Assembly (NCBI GenBank): GCA_964016885.1 | Contig: OZ024744.1 | Span: 100,502,001 to 100,566,000 of the forward strand | Source: Eledone cirrhosa | Taxonomy: Eukaryota | Direction: 5' to 3' | Length of the DNA stretch: 64,000 bases | Part shown: piece after piece, positions 38,601 to 51,989 of the stretch | Layout: each line of letters opens with the position of its first letter | Position numbering within the stretch: position 1 is the stretch's first letter | The notes under the pieces: model-generated | Seen by the model: the letters and a program-made list of their open reading frames with translations, nothing else | The model's database searches: none | Told to the model about the DNA's origin: nothing | Program-made: the position numbers and the translations under genes

Positions 38601-41600
38601 TCCCTGTATAGTGGTCGTGTAGCTGTAATGACAAAAAGCACCCAGTCTACACTTTAAAGTGGTCATGTAGGTGTCATGACAAAAAGCACCCAGTCCATAC
38701 TGTAATGTGGTTATGTAGATGTCATGACAAATAGCACCCAGTACTCACAGTAATTTGGTCATGTAGGTGTCATGACAAAAAGCACCCAGTCCACATTGTA
38801 AAGTGGTCATATAGGTGTCATGACAAAAAGCACCCAGTCCACACTCTAAAGTGGTCATGTACATGTCATGACAAAAAGCACCCAGTCCATACTGTAAAGT
38901 GGTCATGTAGGTGTCATGACAAAAAACATCCAGCCCACACTGTAATGTGGTCATGTAGGTGTCATTACAAAAAGCAGCCAGTCTACACTGTAATGTGGTC
39001 ATGTAGGTGTCATGACAAAAAGCACCCAGTCCACACTGTAAAGTGGTCATGTAGCTGTCATGACAAAAAGCACCCAGCCCACACTGTAAAGTGGTCATGT
39101 AGATGTCACGACAAAAAGCACCCAGTCAACACTGTAAAGTGGTCATGTAGGTGTCACGACAAAAAGTACCCAGCCCACACTGTAAAGTGGTCATGTAGGT
39201 GTCACGACAAAAAGCACCCAGCCCACACTGTAAAGTGGTCATGTAGGTGTCACGACAAAAAGCACCCAGCCCACACTGTAAAGTGGTCATGTAGATGTCA
39301 CGACAAAAAGTACCCAGCCCACACTGTAAAATGGTCATGTAGGTGTCATGACAAAAAGCAGCCAGTCCATACTGTAAAGTGGTCATGTAGGTGTCACGAC
39401 AAAAAGTACCCAGCCCACACTGTAAAATGGTCATGTAGGTGTCATGACAAAAAGCAGCCAGTCCATACTGTAAAGTGGTCATGTAGGTGTCACGACAAAA
39501 AGTACCCAGCCGACACTGTAAAGTGGTCGTGTAGCTGTCATGACAAAAAGCACCCAGTCCACATTGTATAGTGGTCATGTAGGTGTCATGACAACAAGTA
39601 CCCAGCCCACACTGTATAGTTACCGTGTAGGTGTCATGACAAAAAGCACCCAGCCTACACTGTATTGTGGTCGTCTAGGTGTCTTGCCAAAAAGTACCCA
39701 GTCCACACTGTAAAGTGGTCATGTAGCTGTCATTACAAAAAGCACCCAGCCGACACTGTAAAGTGATCATGTAGGTGTCACGACAAAAAGCACCCAGTCC
39801 ATACTGTATAGTGGTCATGTAGGTGTCATGACAACAAGTACCCAGCCCACACTGTAAAATGGTCGTGTAGGTGTCATGACAAAAAGCACCCAGCCCACAC
39901 TGTATAGTGGTCGTGTAGATGTCATGACCAAAAGTACCCAGTCCACACTATAACGTGGTCATGTAGCTGTCATGACAAAAAGCACCCAGTCCACACTGTA
40001 AAGTAGTCGTGTAGGTGTCATGACAAAAAGCACCCAGTCCACACTGTAAAGTGGTCATGTAGCTGTCATGAGAAAAGGCACCCAGTCGACACTGTAAAGT
40101 AGTTGTGTAGGTGTCATGACAAAAAGCACCCAGTACTCCCTGTATAGTGGTCGTGTAGCTGTAATGACAAAAAGCACCCAGTCTACACTTTAAAGTGGTC
40201 ATGTAGGTGTCATGACAAAAAGCACCCAGTCCATACTGTAATGTGGTTATGTAGATGTCATGACAAATAGCACCCAGTACTCACAGTAATTTGGTCATGT
40301 AGGTGTCATGACAAAAAGCACCCAGTCCACATTGTAAAGTGGTCATATAGGTGTCATGACAAAAAGCACCCAGTCCACACTATAAAGTGGTCATGTACAT
40401 GTCATGACAAAAAGCACCCAGTCCATACTGTAAAGTGGTCATGTAGGTGTCATGACAAAAAACACCCAGCCCACACTGTAATGTGGTCATGTAGGTGTCA
40501 TGACAAAAAGCAGCCAGTCCACACTGTAATGTGGTCATGTAGGTGTCATGACAAAAACCACCCAGTCCACACTGTAAAGTGGTCATGTAGCTGTCATGAC
40601 AAAAAGCACCCAGCCCACACTGTAAAGTTGTCATGTAGATGTCACGACAAAAAGTACCCAGTCAACACTGTAAAGTGGTCATGTAGGTGTCACGACAAAA
40701 AGTACCCAGTCAACACTGTAAACTGGTCATGTACGTGTCATGACAAAAAGCACCCAATTCACACTGTAAAGTAGTCATGTAGTTGTCATGACAAAAAGCA
40801 CCCAGCCCACACTGTAAAGGGGTCATGTATGTGTCATGACAAAAAGCACCCGGTCCACACTGTATAGTTGTCATGTAGGTGTCATGACAAAAAGCACCCA
40901 GTCCACACTGTAAAGTGGTCGTGTAGCTGTCATGACAAAAAGCACCCAGTCCACACTGTAAAGTGGTCATGTAGGTGTCACATCAAAAAGCAACCAGTCC
41001 ACACTGTAAAATAGTCATGTAGGTGTCATGACAAAAAGCACCCAGTCCACACTGTATAGTGGTCATGTAGGTGTCATGACAAAAAGCACCCAGTTCACAC
41101 TGTAAAGTGGTCATGTAGGTGTCATGACAAAAAGCACCCAGTCCACACTGTAAAGTGGTCATGTATGTGACATGACAAAAAGCACCCAGTCCACACTGTA
41201 TAGTGGTCATGTAGGTGTCATGACAAAAAGCACCCAGTCCACACTGTAAAGTGGTCATGTAGGTGTCATGACAAAAAGCACCCAGTCCACATTTTAATAT
41301 GGTCGTGTTGCTGTCATGACAAAAAGCACCCAGTTCACACTGTAAAGTGGTCATGTAGGGGTCATGACAAAAAGCACCCAGTCCACACTGTAAAGTGGTC
41401 ATGTAGTTGTCATGACAAAAAGAACCCAGTCCATACTGTAAAGTGGTCATGTAGGTGTCATGACAAAAAGCACCCAGTTCACACGGTAAAGTGGACATAT
41501 AGGTCTCATGGCTAAAAGCACCCAGTCCACACTGTAAAGTCGTCATGTAGGTGTCATGACAAAAAGCACCCAGTCCACACTGTAAAGTGGTCATGTAGGT

Positions 41601-41993
41601 GTCATGACAAAAAGCACCCAGTCCCACTGTAAAGTAGTTGTGTAGGTGTCATGACAAAAAGCACCCAATCCATTCTGTAAAGTGGTCATGTAGGTGTCAT
41701 AACTAAAAGCACCTAGTCCACACTGTAAATTGCTTGAGTTGGTATCATAACAAAAAACACCCAGCACACACTGTAAAGTTGTTGTGTAGGTGCCACGATA
41801 AAAAGCACCCAGTCCACACTGTAAAGTGGTCATGTAGGTGTCATGACAAAAAGCACCCAGTCCACACTATAAAGAGGTCATGTAGGTGTCATGACAAAAA
41901 GCACCCACTCCACACTGTATAGTGGTCATGTAGGTGTCATGACAAAAAGCACCCAGTCCATACTGTAAAGTAGTTGTGTAGTTGTCATGACAA
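29630..41993. repeat. 48-bp satellite array, left segment (~257 monomers)
   Basis: Consensus aaaaagcacccagtccacactgtaaagtggtcatgtaggtgtcatgac. Count estimated as length/48. Confidence 0.97.
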
Positions 41994-44900
41994 TGACGCC
42001 CAAAGTTGTGTGCTGCAGCTTTCTTAAACCGCAGCTCGGCAGAACATGAAAGCTTCAGCCTACGAGATGATGGGCAGATATGGAAGTTTGTTAAGGCTGG
42101 CGAATCATGGAAAAGAGACACCAGCTGGTCTGAAAACACTGTACCCACAACAATTGACAATAAAGAAACTGGAAAAACTCTGGGAAACTAAATCAGAACA
42201 ACCTGCCATCCCCTGCACATAATCATAGACTGGAATCAAGGTACAAATTGTTGTACTTGAATGCACGTAGTCTAATAAGATTCATCTTTTTGACTCCTAC
42301 GTCAAAAGTATCAACCCTGACTTCATCACAGTCACGGAAACTTGGGCACATCCCTTACTCTGTGATGGGGTTTTCAGCATGATTGGCTACAACTTGTTTC
42401 GTAAAGACCGCATTAATCGTGGTGGTGGTGGTCTAATGGTCTACGTTCGGTCAAATCTGTCAGCAATTCCTTGTGCTGATTTGAACCAATTACAGCAGGA
42501 AGTTTTTTTCTGCGATATACATATGACCAAGTCAACACTGCTACTTGGAGTCGTTTACAGTCCCCCAAATTACCACCAGGACACTCAACTTTGTGATATC
42601 CTCAGAGCTGCTGCCAGGAAGACAGCCACTTATGTTTTCATTGCAGGTGACTTCAATCACCCTGAGATTGACTGGGAAACCTTTCGTTGGCCGCCAAGTG
42701 CAAATGACTTCCTTGAGCTAGTGCTGGACTCGAGTTGGTCCCAGCTGGTCACCTCCCCAACGAGAGGTGACAACACTTTCGACCTACTCTTCACCACTAC
42801 TCCTGAAACGGTCATTAGTGTTACTGCTGAGGAACCTTTAGGTGACTCTGATCATGCTATGATCATTGCCAATCTATCCCTCATGGGCAGTAACAAGAAC
42901 CACAACCATCTCCAAACTGCTCACTTTGACTGGAATAAAGCAGACTGGAACTGTTACTGCACCGAGTTGCAACAGCCAAACTGGCTTGAGTTCTACGACT
43001 CTGGAGATGTCAACACTGTACTCCAGAACATCCTGAGCTCAATATGGACAGCATGTGCAGCATCGGTGCCACGTTAGCGGAAAAAACATCCCAAAAGCGC
43101 AGTTTGGGAGACTGCAGCAGTCCGTCTTGCCAGAAAAGAACGGCGCAATGCTGAACGTGAGTACAAACTTCACAAATCAGACATTAATAGGAAGAGGAGA
43201 AATAGATCGTCCAACCACCTCAAACAGGTGACAAAAAAGGCAGTGCTTCAATTTGAGCAGCGCATAGCAACCAGCCCCGACAGTAAGGTGTTCTGGAAGT
43301 ATGTTCACTCAAAGCAGAGGCCTCACTCTCCAGTTGGTCCTCTTCGCAATCCCCACACAAGCCAGGTTACTGACGACCCCAAGGAATGCGCAGAGCTCGT
43401 TGCTGAATGCTATGCAGGCATTTTCACTATTGAAGACCAGAGTGTACCATCTCCACCACCTATGACACCGAACTCTATTACAACCATGGAATTTACACCT
43501 GCAATGCTGCGACGCCACCTAAAAAATAAACGGAACCATGCCTCTCCTGGTCTTGATGGTGTTACGTACCTGCTTCTTAAACGTGGTGGGTACTTCCTTC
43601 TACACCAGTTATCACGCTTCTCCCAATTCTGTCTGAACAACAGTGCTACTTCAGAACAGTGGAAAACTGCCAGTGTCATTCCTCTGTTCAAAAAGGGTGA
43701 CCGCACATCACCTGTGAACTATCGTCCAGTCAGTCTTACTAGTTGCATCGCCAAACTGATAGAATCCTGTGTCAGAGAAACACTTTGGAACTTCTGGAGC
43801 TCTCACAGTCTTATCCGGCCCTCGCAATTTGGATTTATCCCCAACTCCAGCTGCTGTGATCAACTTATAGAGTTTCTTGAGGACATCACCCGGATCACTG
43901 ATGGCGGCTCATGGGTGGATATTGTTTACCTTGACTTTGTGAAGGCCTTCAATTCTGTGCCACACAAAAGGCTTATGGCAAAACTCTCTGCAATGGGTGT
44001 GAAGGATGATCTTTTTAACTGGTTGAAGTCCTTCATTCTCAGTCGAAGAGAGGTAGTCACGGTTCTGGGACAGCATTCCTCACCATATGAGATGTCATCT
44101 GGTGTACCACAGGGATCTGTTCTTGGCCCCCTTTTGTCTGTGGCATATATTAATGACATAGATGCCAACTTAAGGAATGCCACAGTACTAAAGTACGCAG
44201 ACGACATCAAGCTGTACCTTGAGATAAAAAGGACAGATCCTGAACTCTATAGATCTTGCTTGCAGTCTGACCTGAACACAATGCAACAATGGATCTCAGA
44301 CTGGCAACTCAAGCTAGCTGTGGACAAGTGCACCACCATGCATTTTGGGAGTAAAAACCCAGCGTCCACATACTCCCTCCACAGCACTAATATCAAGAAG
44401 TCTTCCTGTGAACGTGACCTGCGCATTACGGTCAGCAGCGATTTGCGTTGGACGAGGCACGTCTCTAAAATTGTCAAGAGGGCCGAGGGTGTCTTAGCAT
44501 CACTCAGCAAGACCTTTGTCAGCCGCTCTCCAGCTATTTATTTAAGGCTGTACATGGCTATGGTGCGGCCACACTTAGAATTTGCATCACCAGTCTGGAA
44601 TCCCTATCTTGCTCAGGACATTGACCACCTGGAAACTGTTCAGAGACGTGCAACCAAGCGAATACCCTCCATCAGGCATCTACCATACTCTGAGCGCCTT
44701 GCTTCCCTGGGCATGGATTCATTGAAGCTCCGACGCCTGGCAACTGACTTGGTAAACACCCACAAAATTGTTAACCATGTTGCCAACAACAACTCTGAGT
44801 ACCTTTTTGATTTCCATGTGTCTAACACACGTGGACATGCCCACAAAGTAAGAAAACAGCACAGTTCCCATGACTTTCGGAAACATTTTTCACGCTCAGA

Positions 44901-45243
44901 GTTGCTGAAGCATGGAACAAACTACCTGTATCAGTTGTTAGCTGTCGAGACACTGCATCCTTTAAGGCCTCCATGCTTCCCGAGATCCGCCAACACTACA
45001 GCTAACACATACACACATGTACTTCCCTGACATTTGTGTATTATTCTATGTACTATACATACACCTTTGACGAGTTGTAGTGCACCTGAGCACTTTACAC
45101 AATAATTTCATTATTGTGTGTATATCATGACTCATGCACTGTTCATTTTCCTGATGTTTGTACATTACCCTATGTACTATACATACACTTTTTGATGAGT
45201 TGTAGTGCACCTGAGCACTACACAATATTTCATTATTATTTTT
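41994..45243 (+). mobile_element. 5'-truncated CR1-clade LINE (ORF1 tail, APE-RT ORF2, 3' UTR, (ATT)n tail) inserted in the satellite
   Basis: APE motifs YLNARS, VTETW, GDFNHP, SDH. RT motifs SGVPQGSVLGP, YADD, RPHLEFASPVWNP. One in-frame TAG at 43075-77 and frameshifts near 42275 and 44890. Satellite resumes in register (catgacaa|...|aaaaagcac). Confidence 0.93.
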
Positions 45244-46381
45244 AAAAAGCACCCAGTCCATACTGTAATATAGTCGTGTAGCTGTCATGACAAAAAGCAC
45301 CCAGTCCACACTGTAAAGCGGTCAAGTAGGTGTCATGACAAAAAGCACCCAGTCCACACTGTAATGGGGTCGGTAGGTGTCATGGCAAAAAGCACCCAGT
45401 CCACACTGTATAGTGGTCATGTAGGTGTCATGACAAAAAGCACCCAGTCCACACTGTAAAGTGGTCATGTAGGTGTCATGACAAAAAGCACCCAGTCCAC
45501 ACTGTAAAGTAGTTGTGTAGGTGTTATGACAAAAAGCACCCAGTCCACACTGTAAAGTGGTCATGTAGGTGTCATGACAAAAAGCACCCAGTCCACACTG
45601 TAAAGTGGTGGTGTAGGTGTCACAACAAAAAGCATCCAGTCCACACTGTAAAGTAGCTGTGTAGGTGTCATGACAAAAAGCACCCAGTCCACACTGTATA
45701 GTGGTCATGTAGGTGTCATGACAAAAAGCACCCAGTCCACACTGTAATGGGGTCGGTAGGTGTCATGGCAAAAAGCACCCAGTCCACACTGTATAGTGGT
45801 CATGTAGGTGTCATGACAAAAAGCACCCAGTCCACACTGTAAAGTGGTCATGTAGGTGTCATGACAAAAAGCACCCAGTCCACACTGTAAAGTAGTTGTG
45901 TAGGTGTTATGACAAAAAGCACCCAGTCCATACTGTAAAGTGGTCATGTAGGTCTCATGACAAAAAGCACCCAGTCCACATTGTAAAGTGGTCATGTAGG
46001 TGTCATGACTAAAAGCACCCAGTCCACACTGTAAAGTAGTTGTGTAGGTGTCATGACAAAATGTACCCAGTCCATACTCTAAAGTGGTCATGTAGGTGTC
46101 ATGACTAAAAGCACCTAGTCCACACTGTAAAGTGTTTGAGTTGGTATCATAACAAAAAACACCCAGTACACACTGTAAATATGTTGTGTAGGTGCCACGA
46201 TAAAAACCACTCAGCACACTGTAAAGTGGTTGGTGTTAGGAAGGGCATCCAGCCGTAGAAACCAAACCAGAAACAATTCTGTATGAGCCAGACATGGTCA
46301 TCTAGGTGAACTAGCTTGAAATGGGACAATCTGTCTAACCCATGCTAGCATTGAAATATGGACATTAAATGATGATGATGA
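45244..46381 (+). repeat. 48-bp satellite, right segment (~20 monomers), running into a SINE tail at 46220-46381
   Basis: Last monomer continues as ctgtaaagtggttggtgttaggaagggcatccagccgtag...aacccatgctagc...(gat)n. Confidence 0.93.
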
Positions 46382-46884
46382 TTTTATTTGTGTACAAATA
46401 TATAACTTATAAATAAACATATATAAAATGTCATATCGATCTTTGATACCCTGGTGGTTGTTTCTAATTTAACTCTTTAGAATTCACATTACTCTATATA
46501 TATACTATTGTATTTTCATGATAAAGGCTTTACCTCACATAATTATCTCACATAATATTTACATTATTCTATATATACTATTGTATTTTCATGGTAAAGG
46601 CTTTACCTTATCATCATCATCATCATCATCACCGTTTTACGTCCGTTCTTCCACGTTAGCATGGGTTAGACATAATAGCAAATGTATCAGATTTTGATAT
46701 TATTTTCAGAACAATACCTTAACATTAGTATGAGTAGCCAGTTACAGCTGGATTTGGCTGGATGCGGCAAGTTTAACCCATGGAGTCAGCTAGAATAACT
46801 TGTAATAAAACAATTAAGTAAAACAGTAATCTCTGACCACTGTCCATCCAACCCATGCAAGAGTGGAAAAATGGACATGTAACG

Positions 46885-47295
46885 ATATGATGGTGGCGGC
46901 GGTAGTGGTGGTGTTTGTGGTGGTGGTGATGATGATGATGATCATGGCCGTGGTGTTTGTGTTTGTGTTTGTGGTGGTGATGGTTGTGGTGGTAATGATC
47001 ATGGTGATGATGGTGATGATGATGATGATGATGGTGGTTCTTGTGGCGATGATGATGACGGTGGCAATGATTTTGATGTTGATGATGGTGGTGGTGGTGG
47101 TGGTGGTGGTGGTGATGATGATGACGGTGGCAATGATTTTGATGATGATGATGGTGGTGGTGGTGGTGGTGGTGATGATGATGACGGTGGCAATGATTTT
47201 GATGATGATGATGGTGGTGGTGGTGGTGGTGGTGATTGTGATAATGAAGGTGGTGGTGTTGATTGTGATAATGATGGTGGTTGTGGTTGTGGTGG

Positions 47296-47326
<31 letters not shown>

Positions 47327-47421
47327 GGTGATTGTGATAATGGTGGTGGTGGTGGTGATTGTGATAATGGTGGTGGTGATGGTGATTGTGATAATGGTGG
47401 TGGTGGTGGTGATGGTGATAG

Positions 47422-47456
<35 letters not shown>
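46885..47456. repeat. Compound (GGT/GAT)n microsatellite
   Basis: Direct inspection. Confidence 0.92.
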
Positions 47457-47570
47457 TCAAAGGGATCATATTAAAGCTCAGAACAATTAAAACACCGCCA
47501 CCCCACCACCTTCACCCGCCATGATGGTAACGATGATTAACGATGATTACAAAGTTTACATTATACTTAC

Positions 47571-47800
47571 GAAAAATCCGAATCTGTAACTTGATAACAT
47601 GTTGACCAACAAGATACTTCTGTTATTCCATATAAGTTGAAAAATGTAGTCTTATTGCCTTCAGCACAACATTTCTTTATCACATCCAATGATGGAAATT
47701 TTTCACCACCAATGGCTAAAATTCTAAGGCACGAAGATTTATCCAAGATAGAATTTCTTAATAATTCTGGACCAATACTCATCATTAGACTTGGAGTTAT
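47571..47800 (-). CDS. AASDH: AASDH-like exon D (ITPSLMM...LRILAIGGEKFPS...FNLYGITEVSCWST)
   Basis: AG/GTAAG boundaries. 230 nt = 76 codons + 2 nt. GGE and A5 motif NxYGxTE. Confidence 0.93.
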
Positions 47801-47902
47801 CTAATATTGGAAAAATGGAACAAAGCAAAATAATCAATAGTAATTGGTGTAAAAATATATCATTCAATAAATAATCTTAAATAAATAGATGAATGTTGTT
47901 AT

Positions 47903-50435
47903 AAGAAAGGAAAGGAGCTGATCATCAGTTAGGACCAAGGAAACAATGTTTCCATTGGTCTTTCCATTGCTGATATTATCTGTTGGTCACAACTCCTGCC
48001 AGAAGAAAGGAGCTGATCATCAGTTAGGACCAAGGAAACAATGTTTTTATTGGTCTTTCCATTGCTGATATTATCTGTCGGTCACAACTCCTGCTAGAAG
48101 AAAGGAGCTGATCATCAGTTAGGGCCAAGGAGACAATGTTTCCATTGGTCTTTCCATTGCTGATATTATCTGTCGGTCACAACTCCTGCTAGAAGAAAGG
48201 AGCTGATCATCAGTTAGGACCAAGGAGACAATGTTTCCATTGGTCTTTCCATTGCTGATATTATCTGTCGGTCACAACTCCTGCTAGAAGAAAGGAGCTG
48301 ATCATCAGTTAGGACCAAGGAAACAATGTTTCCATTGGTCTTTCCATTGCTGATATTATCTGTCGGTCACAACTCCTGCTAGAAGAAAGGAGCTGATCAT
48401 CAGTTAGGACCAAGGAAACAATGTTTCCATTGGTCTTTCCATTGCTGATATTATCTGTCAGTCACAACTCCTGGCAGTAGAAAGGAGCTGATCTTCAGTT
48501 AGGACCAAGGAAACAATGTTTCCATTGGTCTTTCCATTGCTGATATTATGTGTTGGTCACAACTCCTGCCAGAAGAAAGGAGCTGATCATCAGTTAGGAC
48601 CAAGGAGACAATGTTTCCATTGGTCTTTCCATTGCTGATATTATCTGTTGGTCACAACTCCTGCCAGAAGAAAGGAGCTGATCATCAGTTAGGACCAAGG
48701 AAACAATGTTTTTATTGGTCTTTCCATTGCTGATATTATCTGTCAGTCACAACTCCTGCCAGAAGAAAGGAGCTGATCATCAGTTAGGACCAAGGAAACA
48801 ATGTTTCCATTGGTCTTTCCATTGCTGATATTATCTGTCAGTCACAACTCCTGGCAGTAGAAAGGAGCTGATCATCAGTTAGGACCAAGGAAACAATGTT
48901 TCCATTGGTCTTTCCATTGCTGATATTATGTGTTGGTCACAACTCCTGCCAGAAGGAGCTGATCATCAGTTAGGACCAAGGAGACAATGTTTCCATTGGT
49001 CTTTCCATTGCTGATATTATCTGTCGGTCACAACTCCTGCCAGAAGAAAGGAACTGATCTTCAGTTAGGACCAAGGAAACAATGTTTCCATTGGTCTTTC
49101 CATTGTTGATACTATCTGTTGGTTACTACTCTTGGCAAAAGAAAGGAGCTGATCATCAGTTAGGACCAAGGAAACAATGTTTCCATTGGTCTTTCCATTG
49201 CTGATATTATCTGTCGGTCACAACTCCTGCCAGAAGAAAGGAGCTGATCATCAGTTAGGACCAAGGAAACAATGTTTTTATTGGTCTTTCCATTGCTGAT
49301 ATTATCTGTCGGTCACAACTCCTGCCAGAAGAAAGGAACTGATCATCAGTTAGGACCAAGGAAAGAATGTTTCCATTGGTCTTTCCATTGCTGATATTAT
49401 CTGTCGGTCACAACTCCTGCCAGAAGAAAGGAGCTGATCATCAGTTAGGACCAAGGAAATAATATTTTTATTGGTCTTTCCATTGCTGATATTATCTGTT
49501 GGTCACAACTCCTGCCAGAAGAAAGGAGCTGATCATCAGTTAGGACCAAGGAAACAATGTTTCCATTGGTCTTTCCATTGTTGATACTATCTGTTGGTTA
49601 CTACTCTTGGCAAAAGAAAGGAGCTGATCATCAGATTGGACCAAGGAAACAATGTTTCCATTGATCTTTTCATTGCTAATATTATCTCTCGGTCACTAAT
49701 CTTGGCCAAAGGAAGGAGCTGATAATCAGATCAGACCAAGGAAACAATGTTTCCATTGGTCTTTCCATTGCTGATACTATCTGTTTGCCACTACTCCTGG
49801 CAGACAAAAGAAGCAAATCATCAGATTGGACCAAGAAAACAATGTTTCCATTGGTTTTTCCATTGTTGATACTATCTGTATATTGGTCATACTATGTCAG
49901 TCTATGTCTTGACAAAAGAAAGAAACTGATCATCAGATTGGACCAAGGAAACTATGTTTCCATTGGTCTTTCCATTGTTGATACTATCTGTCGGTCACAA
50001 CTTCTGCCAGAAGAAAGGAGCTGATCATCAGATCAGACAAAGGGATTATGTTTCCATTGGTCTTTCCATTGTTTATACCATCTTGTCGGTCACAACTTCT
50101 CCCAGTAGAAAGGAGCTGATCATCAGATCAGACAAAGGAAACTACGTTTCTATTAGTCTTTCCATTGTTGATACTATCTGTCACCCACAACTCCTGGCAG
50201 AAGAAAGGAGCTGATAATCAGATCAAATGAAAGGAAACAATGGTTCCACGACCTTTCCATTATTGATATTATCTGTCAGTTGTAACTCTTGGCAGAAGAA
50301 TTGATACTATCTGTTTGTCACAACTTCTGGAAGAAGAAAAGAACTGATTGTCAAACTAGACCAAGGAAACAACATTCCCATTAGTCTTTCCATTGTTGAT
50401 ACTATCTTCTGGTAGCAATTCCTGGTGGAAGAAGC
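47903..50435. repeat. 95-bp minisatellite (~26 copies)
   Basis: aggaccaagg at 47931, 48026, 48121 and so on. Copies are homogeneous on the left and diverged after ~49600. Confidence 0.93.
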
Positions 50436-51058
50436 AATGTGAAGTAAAGTATTTTGTTTGAGAATACAACATGTCAACTGGACCAAGAATGAAACCCACA
50501 AGCTCATGTCCATGAGTTCAACACTCTAACCACAAAGCTATATACTGTATATACCACTGTGAATTTTGGATTTTTGTGATGCTATAGAAAACTTTATATT
50601 TATGGGTTGTCATTTTTATTTTTTCATTACTTTGTCAGAGGTGGAAAATATCCTCAGACAAGAGACCTGGATTGTTAACTTGCAACAAGTTGGGCTCCCC
50701 ATAAAAGGTATCCAAGTACCTAGTGGTGGTGTTAAACTGGACTATGGATCAAGTGTACCAGCAGTATATCTTGTGCAAATCAGCACTAGCAGAGGCTTTT
50801 GTTCCCTAAGCTAAACCTATGGAAGTATCAGATCTGAAAACTGTAAGCTAGAAAAATATAGGTGAGTAATAAAGTTGAAGTGCAACAGTTCAGAAATATA
50901 GCTAAGTAAAACTGAGTTAACTACCTTCATTAGGGGTTTATCACAGTGTCAGCAACACTGTCTGATATACCAACAGTTTCCATACAAATTTAAGAAGTTA
51001 TGAGAATTTAAAAAATAAAACCTGTTATATAAATAAAACGATAAACATCATACTACTA

Positions 51059-51780
51059 CAGTAGAACCTCGCAGTACAAGTGCCCCATTGTACGAGTAAT
51101 TTGCTGTAGAAGCTGGGGCTTGTGTGAATTTTTGTCTTGTAGTACAAGTGGAAATCTGCAGTACGAGTGAGTTTCATGCAAGCGACCGCGAGTCGGCGCT
51201 GAGCTCGCACATGCTCTCCCAACAAGCACAGCCTCTCCTTGCTCAGTTCACATGTTTATCTCGTTGCGGTAGCATCCCTATTGTATTTTTCCCAGTGTTT
51301 TGTTTTTAGTTTTGTATATTTTTTGCTATTATTTTATAATAATTAGTGGGAGAGATTGGTTCCCCAGTGGAGGACATTGTAGCGGAGAAGGCTATCTCTA
51401 CACATGACATAAAGCCAGTGTTGGCAAAGTGGCAGGACGTTTTTGAATATGTAGAAAAATATCCTCCCGAAAAAGTATATCTACAGGTCGTGCAGTGGCT
51501 TTATTTAATGAAACTGCTCTGGCGCATTTTTGTAACATTTTGAAAGGCAGGGAAAAGCAGATGTCTTTTGATATGTTTCTAATGAAACGACCTGCCAGTG
51601 AGGAAAATGAAGCAAGTGTGTCCAAAAAGCCTAAATTAAGCAAAGTGAGAGGGAAAACGTCAGAAATTGTTCTTCCTGAGGTCTTAATAGAAGGAAACTC
51701 TCCTTCCAAACAACCCTCCTCCTCCCTCCTCCATCGTCTTCCTCACACACAAATTAAACTTGTACCGCGAGGTATCACTG
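51059..51780 (+). mobile_element. Internally deleted pogo/Tigger-like transposon
   Basis: TIRs cagt(ag/ga)(a/t)acctcgc(a/g)gtacaag, TA flanks. Tigger-type C-terminal remnant (LAKWQDVFEYVEKY..; HFCNILKGREKQMSFDMFL). Confidence 0.8.
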
Positions 51781-51989
51781 TATATATAGAATTAGAATAG
51801 ACAGAAATCTGTGCTTAATGAAACTAGATGTGGAATGTGTGAAGAAAATATGAATAATATAAAACAAATTACAGTAATATGAATACTATGAGTTGCAGTG
51901 TAAGACCAGGTCACAGGCAGTGTGATGAAAATTTTGCGACCAAGAAATAAATTATATATAAAAAGTAAAGTTAACATGACACTTACACC

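Noticed and set aside
29630-46220. Many Cys/His-rich 16-aa repeat ORFs (MTTLQCGLGAFCHDTY; [16 protein letters not shown]) suggesting a metal-binding repeat protein, or a CRISPR-like array
   Set aside because: They arise because 48 is divisible by 3. Frequent stops and indels break every frame, there are no unique spacers or cas genes, and the unit is a SINE component.
47903-50435. Hammerhead or retrozyme-like motifs (CTGATGA, GAAA plus hairpin) on the minus strand of the 95-bp unit
   Set aside because: Stem II is followed by GACC rather than GAAA, there is no NUH triplet, and stem I cannot form.
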